Virus genome (UHGV): UHGV-0140552
Length of the DNA stretch: 35,002 bases
Direction: 5' to 3' (one strand)
Source: a virus
Below the pieces are notes generated by a model, which was not told the DNA's origin, made no database searches, and saw only the letters and a program-made list of their open reading frames with translations. The first letter of the stretch is position 1; every line of letters begins with the position of its first letter. A program made the translations under genes and the position numbers. Below, one piece after another: positions 14,889 to 22,837 of this stretch.

Positions 14889-15110
14889 ATGTGTGGAAGC
14901 GCACCAAAAGTTGTTCAGTCAGACCCGCAGGCCGAAGCAGATGCAGCAGCAGACGCAGCCGCCAAAGCTGCGAACGCTGACGCAGCCGCGCGCAAAAAGC
15001 GCAAACAGGGATCATCCCTGCTGGCCAGCGGCGCAGAAGGCGCAACGGATACAGGTTCTTCCCTGCTGTCCACTGGCGCACAGGCCGCAAAAAATACGTT
15101 AGGGGCTTAA
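14889..15110 (+). CDS. Small virion protein resembling T7 gp6.7 (73 aa, N-terminal MC..., Ala/Lys-rich)
   Basis: Size, composition and position immediately upstream of the portal gene, as in T7-like phages. Confidence 0.5.
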   Translation: MCGSAPKVVQSDPQAEADAAADAAAKAANADAAARKKRKQGSSLLASGAEGATDTGSSLLSTGAQAAKNTLGA

Positions 15111-15113
15111 TTC

Positions 15114-16739
15114 ATGGATCAACTCGCCAGCCGGTTAATCAGGCGCGCTGACACGCTGAAAGCAAATCGCCAGGTGCACGAAAGCGTCTGGCGGGAATGC
15201 TACGACTACACCTATCCGCTGCGCGGGGCCGGGTTTTCGTCTGAGGTGCTGGACGCACAGAGCGCAAAGCACAAGGTTGCGAAGCTGCTGGACGGCACAG
15301 CCACCGACAGCGCCCGTATGCTGGCGTCCGCGCTTATGTCAGGGATGACCCCGGCGAATGCTCAATGGCTGAACCTCGACAGCGAATTACTTCCTGATGA
15401 CGCTAAGGCGTGGTTGTCCACCTGTGCAACGCTGGTATGGGAAAATATCCACGCCGCTAACTTTGACGCGGAAGGGTACGAGGCCAATCTCGATGTGGTC
15501 TGTGCTGGCTGGTTCGCGCTGTACGTCGATGAGGACAAGGAAGAGGGCGGATTTACCTTCCAGCAGTGGCCGCTGGCGCAATGCTTTGTGACCTCCACAC
15601 GTCGCGACGGCATCGTTGATACGATATATCGCTGCTATCAGCTCACCGCTGAACAGGCAGTGAAAGAATTCGGCGCGGACAAGGTAAGCGAAAAAATCCG
15701 CGTCGCTGCAAAAAACAAACCCGACGATAAATTTGATTTTCTGCACTGTATTTTCCCGCGCGATACCTACGTCGTAAATGCGAAGCTGGCGCGCAATATG
15801 CGTTTTGCATCGTTCAACGTGGAAGTGAGCGGCAAGCGTATCGTGCGTGAATCCGGCTATCACGAATTCCCTGTATGCGTCCCGCGCTGGATGAAAATCC
15901 CCGGTGGCTCCTACGGTATAGGCCCGGTATACGACGCGCTGCCGGACTGCAAAGAACTGAACGAAACCAAACGCATGGAGAAGGCCGCGCAGGATCTGGC
16001 TATCTCCGGCATGTGGATTGCTGAAGATGACGGCGTACTCAACCCGCGTACGGTCAAAGTCGGCCCGCGCCGCATCATCGTGGCGAACAGTACCGAAAGC
16101 ATGAAACCGTTGCTCACCGGCGCAGATTTCAACGTGGCGTTTACCGCTGAAGAACGCCTGCAGGCTTCCATCCGCAAAATCATGATGGCCGACCAGCTGC
16201 AACCGCAGGACGGCCCGGCGATGACCGCTACCGAAGTGCATGTGCGTGTCGCGCTGATCCGCCAGTTGCTTGGCCCGGTCTATGGACGATTCCAGGCTGA
16301 ATACCTGCAACCGCTGGTGGAGCGCTGCTTCGGTATTGCGTTCCGCGCTGGCGTTTTTCCTCCCGCTCCCGAGAGCCTCCAGAGCGCCAATTTCAACGTG
16401 CGTTATATCTCCCCGCTGGCCCGTGCGCAGAAGCTGGAAGATGTGACCGCCATCGAGCGATACGGCCAGAACATCATGCAGCTGGCGCGGGCGTACCCGG
16501 ATGTACTGGACAACATGGACAGCGACGAGGCGAGCAAGGTTGTCGGCGAGGCTCTTGGCGTTCCGGCAAAAGTTATGCGTTCCGCTGATGCGGTCGAGCA
16601 ACTTCGACAGCAGCGCCAGCAGATGCAACAGCAGCAGGCGCAACAGCAGTTGCTGATGCAGGCCGGGACGGAAGCCGCCGGCGCAGCAGGGCAGGCAGCA
16701 GGCGCAATTATGGGACAACGACTGGCGGGCAACCAATGA
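15114..16739 (+). CDS. Portal (head-to-tail connector) protein, T7 gp8-like (541 aa)
   Basis: Length, N-terminal pattern and Gln-rich C-terminal tail (QQRQQMQQQQAQQQLLMQ) typical of podovirus connector proteins. Followed by scaffold and capsid genes. Confidence 0.8.
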   Translation: MDQLASRLIRRADTLKANRQVHESVWRECYDYTYPLRGAGFSSEVLDAQSAKHKVAKLLDGTATDSARMLASALMSGMTPANAQWLNLDSELLPDDAKAWLSTCATLVWENIHAANFDAEGYEANLDVVCAGWFALYVDEDKEEGGFTFQQWPLAQCFVTSTRRDGIVDTIYRCYQLTAEQAVKEFGADKVSEKIRVAAKNKPDDKFDFLHCIFPRDTYVVNAKLARNMRFASFNVEVSGKRIVRESGYHEFPVCVPRWMKIPGGSYGIGPVYDALPDCKELNETKRMEKAAQDLAISGMWIAEDDGVLNPRTVKVGPRRIIVANSTESMKPLLTGADFNVAFTAEERLQASIRKIMMADQLQPQDGPAMTATEVHVRVALIRQLLGPVYGRFQAEYLQPLVERCFGIAFRAGVFPPAPESLQSANFNVRYISPLARAQKLEDVTAIERYGQNIMQLARAYPDVLDNMDSDEASKVVGEALGVPAKVMRSADAVEQLRQQRQQMQQQQAQQQLLMQAGTEAAGAAGQAAGAIMGQRLAGNQ

Positions 16740-16969
16740 TCAAAAAAGACGTAACCCCTGAAGACTACCGGCGCATTTTCGAGGAGATGCCCGGCGGGCC
16801 GCAGGTGCTGGACGAATTAACGCGCCGCTTCGGGCGTGAGGTGTATGTCAAAGGCGGTACCGAAGGCGACCGCGAAACCTGTTACCGGGCCGGACAGCGT
16901 TCCGTGCTCGATTTCATTCTGATGCAAATCAACAAAGCAGACGGAGTAAACGACGATGTGGAAGTTTAA
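16736..16969 (+). CDS. Hypothetical small protein (77 aa) between the portal and scaffold genes
   Basis: ORF overlapping the portal stop (ATGA). Confidence 0.5.
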   Translation: MIKKDVTPEDYRRIFEEMPGGPQVLDELTRRFGREVYVKGGTEGDRETCYRAGQRSVLDFILMQINKADGVNDDVEV

Positions 16970-17804
16970 ACACTTATTCATGAACACCGAAACAGGTGCA
17001 GAAGCGCCAGCGGGTAACGCAGGAGGGGATGATGCTGGTAATGGCGATGGTACTCAAAATCCGGGCGGCGGTACTCCTGCTGGTACTTCGCTACTCAGCA
17101 CCGGCGCGGGCGAACAAGGCGCGGATGACTGGCTACCTGAAAAATACCGCGTTATGGGCGATGACGGAAAACTCAACGTTGAAGGCTCAGCCCGCAAACT
17201 GGCGGATGCTTACTCGCACCTTGAAAAGCGCATGGGCAGCGGGGACATGCCGCCGAAAACTGCTGATGAGTATGCGCCAAAGGTAGAAGTCGAGGGCTTT
17301 AAGTGGGACGAATTCAAAGCCGATCCGCGCATGCAATCATTCATGAAATCGGCTCATGCCAAAGGCATCACCAACGATCAGATGGGTTTCATCCTGGGCG
17401 AATATGCACAGCTGGCCCCAGAGCTGGTTAACGGTGCTGCGGCGCTGGATTCGGAAGCCGCCGCCACGCAACTGCGCGAGACGTGGAAAACTGACGCCGA
17501 GTTTAATAAAAACATCGGCCTGGCTTTCCGTGCATTTAATACCCTGGCGGATGACGGCGACAAAGGGCGCATGGACGAAATCGGCAATAACCCGATGGTG
17601 ATCCGCATGTTGGCGAAAATCGGTGCTGAAATGCAGGAGGATGCACCGGCGGGCGGCGATGTGAATCTCGAAGAGCAGCAATCAATCCGCGACCTGATGA
17701 AGTCTCCGGCCTACATGGATCCTAAACACGCCGACCATGAGAATGTTTCCGCCCGGGTTCGCGCCTATTACCAAAAGCGTTACGGCGATCAAACCGTAGC
17801 GTGA
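16956..17804 (+). CDS. Capsid assembly (scaffolding) protein, T7 gp9-like (282 aa)
   Basis: Acidic, Gly/Ala-rich N-terminus and a T7 gp9-like C-terminal tail, positioned between portal and capsid. Confidence 0.65.
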   Translation: MWKFKHLFMNTETGAEAPAGNAGGDDAGNGDGTQNPGGGTPAGTSLLSTGAGEQGADDWLPEKYRVMGDDGKLNVEGSARKLADAYSHLEKRMGSGDMPPKTADEYAPKVEVEGFKWDEFKADPRMQSFMKSAHAKGITNDQMGFILGEYAQLAPELVNGAAALDSEAAATQLRETWKTDAEFNKNIGLAFRAFNTLADDGDKGRMDEIGNNPMVIRMLAKIGAEMQEDAPAGGDVNLEEQQSIRDLMKSPAYMDPKHADHENVSARVRAYYQKRYGDQTVA

Positions 17805-17835
17805 CATGTCACGACTACGGTCTGGGCCACTGGTC

Positions 17836-18135
17836 TTATTGCTTATTAAGCCAATCGAGGCCAGTGGCTGTTATAAAGGTTTGTCTGGTATCGATAAGCC
17901 AACGACCTTCACCGCGTTTAGGGTTGTCTATCTGCGCTCCATCCTCATCAATATATAAGTATTGAACCTGTGAGGATATCAGTCCTTTTTGATACATATA
18001 GAGAATGTGGCCATCAAGTTTATCTTCGCCATACGTCCTTAATAATTTGGTATATCCATCAGTCATTAATGGGTGCGGATAAAACTCTTGCAAATATTTT
18101 AATATATCGAAACAAACATTTTCTTCAATTTTCAT
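17836..18135 (-). CDS. Moron: hypothetical protein (99 aa) on the opposite strand between scaffold and capsid genes
   Basis: AT-rich island. TAAGGAAT Shine-Dalgarno upstream of ATG 18135. Orientation opposes the virion operon. Confidence 0.55.
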   Translation of the reverse strand: MKIEENVCFDILKYLQEFYPHPLMTDGYTKLLRTYGEDKLDGHILYMYQKGLISSQVQYLYIDEDGAQIDNPKRGEGRWLIDTRQTFITATGLDWLNKQ

Positions 18136-18202
18136 CAATTCATTCCTTAGTTGCTTAGAGCAACACCAGTATGGCACTAGTTTTTGTGCAGATATAGGTA
18201 TT

Positions 18203-18218
18203 TGGTCGGGATTCCGAC
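18203..18218. repeat. Hairpin motif GGTCGG-GATT-CCGACC (copy 1 of 4), upstream of the capsid gene; followed by ATCACTCCA at 18235-18243
   Basis: Identical 20-mer TTGGTCGGGATTCCGACCGC recurs at 30919-30938. Confidence 0.8.
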
Positions 18219-18369
18219 CGCGCACCTCGCTAACAATCACTCCATAACCAGCCCGGCGGGGACGCCGGATACCTGATTTCTCCCGCAATGCGCCAGCGCC
18301 AACCGCATTGTGCAGATTTGGGCCGGGAAACCGACACCCCGCAGGCGATTTTTTACTGGAGTGATTTTT

Positions 18370-19275
18370 ATGTCATTTGATACAAACAAGAACATGATCA
18401 CCGCTGCGTTTGTTACGCAGTTTCATGATTCTTTCGAAATTGCTGCACAGCAAAAGGATTCGCGCCTGCAAGCGGCTGTCCATGACCGTGGCAGCATCAC
18501 CGGTGCGTCGTTCACCATCAACGATATGGGCACCATTGAGATGACCCAGATCACCACGCGCTTCGGTGATACTGTCTGGGATGTTCCGGAAGCTGGTACC
18601 CGTAATGCGCTGATGGCCGACTACGGCGTTTTCGTCCCGGTCGAGAAACGCGACCTGCGCAAGCTGATTGCCGACCCGCAGGGGCCGTATTTGCAGCTCA
18701 CCCTGTCCGCCGCCAACCGCAAAAAAGACGATGTTATTTACCGCGCGCTGCTCGATGCGGTACTGCGTAAGACTGAGAACAACGGCGCGTATGCATCCGT
18801 TACCCTCCCGGCCTCGCAGAAAATCGTTGCTGGTGGTACCGGCATGACCAAAGCCAAACTGATCGCAGCAAAAGCGATGTTCCGCCGTAACGAGTGTGAC
18901 GAGCAGAACGGCGAAGAGCTGTACATGACGTACAACGCCGACATGCTGACGCAGATCCTCAGCGATACCACGCTGACCAGCGCCGACTTTATGGCGGTGA
19001 AAATGCTTCAGGAAGGTGCGGTAAACGGTAACTGGCTGGGCTTTAAATGGCTGGCTTACGAGAAACTGGACTCTGTGACCGCCGAAAGCGTCACCACCAA
19101 AACCGCCGCCGCCTGGTGTAAGTCCGCTGTGCATTTCGGTACCGGCGCTGAGTACAACGTCGATATCGGCCCGCGTCGCGATAAAAATAACACCATCCAG
19201 ATTTCCGTTGATGCGTCCTATGGCGCTGGCCGCGCCAACGAGAAAAAAGTCGTTGCCATCGATTTTGTAGCATAA
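18370..19275 (+). CDS. Major capsid protein (301 aa)
   Basis: Position after the scaffold gene, size, and GGAG Shine-Dalgarno. Assigned by synteny; similarity to T7 gp10 was not obvious by eye. Confidence 0.6.
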   Translation: MSFDTNKNMITAAFVTQFHDSFEIAAQQKDSRLQAAVHDRGSITGASFTINDMGTIEMTQITTRFGDTVWDVPEAGTRNALMADYGVFVPVEKRDLRKLIADPQGPYLQLTLSAANRKKDDVIYRALLDAVLRKTENNGAYASVTLPASQKIVAGGTGMTKAKLIAAKAMFRRNECDEQNGEELYMTYNADMLTQILSDTTLTSADFMAVKMLQEGAVNGNWLGFKWLAYEKLDSVTAESVTTKTAAAWCKSAVHFGTGAEYNVDIGPRRDKNNTIQISVDASYGAGRANEKKVVAIDFVA

Positions 19276-19334
19276 AGCCGCTGGTACCTTTGCCGGGGGA
19301 TCCCTCCCGGCCTTTTTTCATCTGAGGTAAGGCT

Positions 19335-19898
19335 ATGGCTTCCAGTATCTCTATCTGTTCTAACGCACTGCTGGCGCTCGGCGCTCATCCCATTAACAGC
19401 TTCGACGAAGCGACCGAACACGCCCGCCTGTGCTCCAATATTTACCCTACCGTACGCAATGACCTGCTGCGAAAACATCCATGGAACTGCGCGGTAAAAC
19501 GCGTCGTGCTCTCACCGTCCAGCACCGCGCCCGCGTTTGGTTTCGGCTACCAGTTCCCGCTGCCGGGCGATTTAATCCGGATCCTGTCCGTTGGCCGTGA
19601 GTATGAGGATATCGGGTACCGCGTTGAAGGAAACCGCCTGCTGGCGAATCAGAACGTAATTTATCTGCGCTACCTGTTTCGTAACGAGGATGAATCGACG
19701 TGGGATTCGTCGCTGGTCAATCTGGCCGAAGCGTTCATGGCCGCAAAGCTGGCGTACGCCGTCACCGGCTCCGCGAGTCTGCGCGACAGTCTGACGCAGG
19801 AAGCTGCATTCCTTCTTCGCCAGGCCAAATCTATCGACGGACAGGAAGAACCGCCGGAAACGCTGGACGGCTATCCAACTTATGAATCGAGGTTCTGA
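19335..19898 (+). CDS. Tail tubular protein A, gp11-like (187 aa)
   Basis: Size and position after the capsid gene, as in T7-like podovirus gene order. Confidence 0.55.
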   Translation: MASSISICSNALLALGAHPINSFDEATEHARLCSNIYPTVRNDLLRKHPWNCAVKRVVLSPSSTAPAFGFGYQFPLPGDLIRILSVGREYEDIGYRVEGNRLLANQNVIYLRYLFRNEDESTWDSSLVNLAEAFMAAKLAYAVTGSASLRDSLTQEAAFLLRQAKSIDGQEEPPETLDGYPTYESRF

Positions 19899-21889
19899 TG
19901 CGCGCGAACCTGATAAAAACCAATTTTACCGCGGGTGAAATTTCCCCGCGCCTGATGGGGCGTGTTGATATCGCCCGCTATGCCAACGGTGCAAAAATTA
20001 TCGAAAACGCGGTGTGCGTGGTGCAGGGCGGTGTCGTTCGCCGACCGGGTACGCGCTTTGCCGCTGCCGCTAAATATGGTGACCGGACAGCACGACTGAT
20101 CCCCTACGTCTTTAACCGCTCGCAGGCGTACATGCTCGAATTTGGCGACGGGTATCTGCGCATCTACCAGAACGGCCGGCAGCTGGTAAACGACGATAAT
20201 ACCCCGTATGAAATCGCCAGCCCGTACACCGTCGATATGTTGTCTGAGGTGAATTACGTGCAGGGCGCTGACACGATGTTTTTAGTGCACCAGAGCGTCC
20301 CGCCGCACCGCTTGCAGCGTAAGGGGCAAACTGATTGGGTACTGGAAGCCGCGCCGTTTATCGTGGAACCATTCGACGAAATCCGCGACACGCCGGAGAA
20401 ATGGTGTAAGCCATCGGTTAAAGAATTCGTCGGCTCAGAAATCACGCTGACGCTCAGTGATGCCGAACCCGCAGATGATGACGATTCCCCCGCGTTTACT
20501 GGTACCGGCTGGGTATCGGAGGACGTTGGTTCGTACGTTCGTATTAACAGCGGTCTGGTGCTAATTAAGAGCATCACCAGCGCGCAGATTGCTGTCGGCA
20601 CCATCCGCACCGATTTAAGCGCAACGCAGGCGGCATCCCCCGGAGCCTGGACACGTGAAGATACTGTCTGGACGGAGGAATTTGGCTACCCCGGCGCGGT
20701 GACGCTGTACCAGCAGCGGCTGGTTCTGGCTGGTTCCCCGCAGTACCCGCAAACAATCTGGTGGAGCGAAACCGGCGTTTACCTGTCGTTTGAGCTGGGA
20801 ACGGACGACGACGACGCGATCAGCTTTACGCTGTCTTCTGACCAGTTAAACCCGATCGTGCATCTGGCGCAGATGAATACGCTTATCGCGCTGACGTACG
20901 GCGGCGAGTTTACAATCACTGCCGGCAGCGACGCGGCGATCACCCCGACCAATATTTCGGTAAAAAATCCCAGCCCGTACGGCTGCAACAGCATTCGCCC
21001 GGTTCGTGTCGGTACCGAAATTATGTTTATCCAGCGTGCCGGGAAAAAACTGTATGCCGTGGCGTATGACCCCGACAGCTACGTTTCGTATTCCGCCAAT
21101 GATTTAACGGTGCTGGCCGAACACATCACGGCCGGCTGCGTCCTCGATATGGCGTATCAGCAACAGCCTGATGCGTTCGTGTGGCTGATCCGCGCCGATG
21201 GCGTACTGGTGACGATGGGTATCGACCGGGCGCAGGATGTAGTCGCATGGTCACGCCAGATCACCGATGGCGTTTTTGAATCGGTGGCGAGTATTCCCTC
21301 GGAAAGCGACGACGTGATTTATGTTCTGGTGCGCCGGGAAGTTAACGGCCAGACCGTTCGTTATGTTGAAGTATTCGACAGCAACCTGAATACCGATTCC
21401 GCAGTAACCGGCTCCAGTTCAGAAGGTGCCACCACGTGGACAGGTCTTTCTCACCTCAATGGAAAAACGGTTGATGTGGTGGCCGATGGTTCCGTGATGC
21501 CGCAGGCAACGGTAACAGACGGGCAAATCACTCTCAGCCGCAAAGCGAAAAAAATCGAAGTAGGCCTGCATTACGAAACCACCATCCAGACGCTGACGCC
21601 GGAAATCTCAACGACAGAAGGCACCACGCAGAACGCCCGCAAGCGTACCAGCGAAGTCACGCTCCGCTTTATGGAAACCACTGGCGCGGAGTGCAACGGT
21701 CAGGTGATCCCCTTCCGTACCTTCGGCCCAAAAATCCTTAACCAGCCCGCGCCACTTTTCACCGGTGATCATTATTTCGGGAAACTTGGCTGGGAGCGCG
21801 GGGAAGACACTTTGATTATTCAGCAACGCCAGCCGCTGCCGTTTCATCTGCTGGCGATTATTTTCACGTTCTCCAGCAACGGGGGCTAA
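19898..21889 (+). CDS. Tail tubular protein B, gp12-like (663 aa)
   Basis: Large protein translationally coupled to the gp11-like gene. Assigned by synteny. Confidence 0.6.
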   Translation: MRANLIKTNFTAGEISPRLMGRVDIARYANGAKIIENAVCVVQGGVVRRPGTRFAAAAKYGDRTARLIPYVFNRSQAYMLEFGDGYLRIYQNGRQLVNDDNTPYEIASPYTVDMLSEVNYVQGADTMFLVHQSVPPHRLQRKGQTDWVLEAAPFIVEPFDEIRDTPEKWCKPSVKEFVGSEITLTLSDAEPADDDDSPAFTGTGWVSEDVGSYVRINSGLVLIKSITSAQIAVGTIRTDLSATQAASPGAWTREDTVWTEEFGYPGAVTLYQQRLVLAGSPQYPQTIWWSETGVYLSFELGTDDDDAISFTLSSDQLNPIVHLAQMNTLIALTYGGEFTITAGSDAAITPTNISVKNPSPYGCNSIRPVRVGTEIMFIQRAGKKLYAVAYDPDSYVSYSANDLTVLAEHITAGCVLDMAYQQQPDAFVWLIRADGVLVTMGIDRAQDVVAWSRQITDGVFESVASIPSESDDVIYVLVRREVNGQTVRYVEVFDSNLNTDSAVTGSSSEGATTWTGLSHLNGKTVDVVADGSVMPQATVTDGQITLSRKAKKIEVGLHYETTIQTLTPEISTTEGTTQNARKRTSEVTLRFMETTGAECNGQVIPFRTFGPKILNQPAPLFTGDHYFGKLGWERGEDTLIIQQRQPLPFHLLAIIFTFSSNGG

Positions 21890-22341
21890 TGATGATCCGT
21901 AATGCAACCGCCGGTGATATTCCGGCGCTTATCGAACTGGGAACCCGGATGTACCTGGAATCCCGCTATTCCGAAAACTCACCCTTTGACGCGGACAAAT
22001 GCGCGGAACTGGCTGAGAGCCTGATTTATTCCCCCGCCGGATGCGTGCTGGTGGCAGAGAAAAACGGCCTGGTGATTGGCTGGCTCGGCGGCGGCATCGC
22101 GGAGCAGTTTTTTTCCCGCCAGTTGATGGCGTTTGAATATGGCCTGTTCGTCGCTCCGGAGTACCGGGGCGGCAGCGCGGGCCCACGGCTGGCCCGTGCA
22201 TTTATCGAATGGTCGAAAGAACACGGCGCCGCAGTGATCAACATGGGGATCACCACGGGCGTCCATGCCGAACGTACTGGCCAGCTTTATTCCCGCCTCG
22301 GTCTGCAACGTACCGGGCTGCTTTATTCGATGGAGGTTTAA
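21889..22341 (+). CDS. GNAT-family N-acetyltransferase (150 aa) embedded in the virion gene block
   Basis: Acetyl-CoA-binding-type motif FVAPEYRGGSAGPRLARAF. TAATG overlap with the tail tube B gene. Confidence 0.75.
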   Translation: MMIRNATAGDIPALIELGTRMYLESRYSENSPFDADKCAELAESLIYSPAGCVLVAEKNGLVIGWLGGGIAEQFFSRQLMAFEYGLFVAPEYRGGSAGPRLARAFIEWSKEHGAAVINMGITTGVHAERTGQLYSRLGLQRTGLLYSMEV

Positions 22342-22343
22342 CG

Positions 22344-22832
22344 ATGTGTACAGGTGTTGAAATCGCACTGGTGGCTTCTTCGGTTCTCGCTGCTGGCGGG
22401 GCAGTGGCCAGCGGCCAGCAGCAAAAGAAAATGGCGAACTATCAGGCCGCGCAGGCTGAAGCCGACGCCGAAGCATCAAAAGCAGCGGCAAAAGTTGAAG
22501 CGGAGCGTATTCGTAAAGCCGGTCGCCAGCAGGCATCTGCCGCCAATGCTGCGTTGGCAGCTTCAGGCGTTGAGACGGGAGAGGGAACGGCGCTCCGTGT
22601 CACGTCAGGTATTGTAGGGGATGCGGAGCAGGACGCCTATCAGACAATCCTTAATGGCGTGAATTCTTCTAATCGCCTGCAGGCGCAGGCACAAGCCGAC
22701 AGGATCAGCGGCAGTAATGCGGCGACAGCGGGGAATATTAGTGCTGGCAGTTCATTACTTAGTGCTGGCGGAACTGCATACAGCGGCTGGAAAAAAGCAA
22801 AAACAGGCAAATACGGTTTATATGCGGAGTAA
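22344..22832 (+). CDS. Internal virion protein (162 aa), Ala-rich, N-terminal hydrophobic segment
   Basis: Position and composition. TGGAGG Shine-Dalgarno. Confidence 0.5.
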   Translation: MCTGVEIALVASSVLAAGGAVASGQQQKKMANYQAAQAEADAEASKAAAKVEAERIRKAGRQQASAANAALAASGVETGEGTALRVTSGIVGDAEQDAYQTILNGVNSSNRLQAQAQADRISGSNAATAGNISAGSSLLSAGGTAYSGWKKAKTGKYGLYAE

Positions 22833-22837
22833 GTGAC

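Noticed and set aside
16403-16732. Gln-rich tract (CAG/CAA-rich DNA) near the portal 3' end as a separate repeat element
   Set aside because: It encodes the Q-rich C-terminal tail of the portal protein. It is an imperfect repeat that is part of the gene, not an independent element.
15387-16736. 449-aa ORF on the minus strand
   Set aside because: Lies entirely antisense to the portal gene. It is a shadow ORF of GC-rich coding sequence with no RBS or homology signal.
18373-19134. 253-aa ORF on the minus strand
   Set aside because: Antisense to the capsid gene. A shadow ORF with no independent support.
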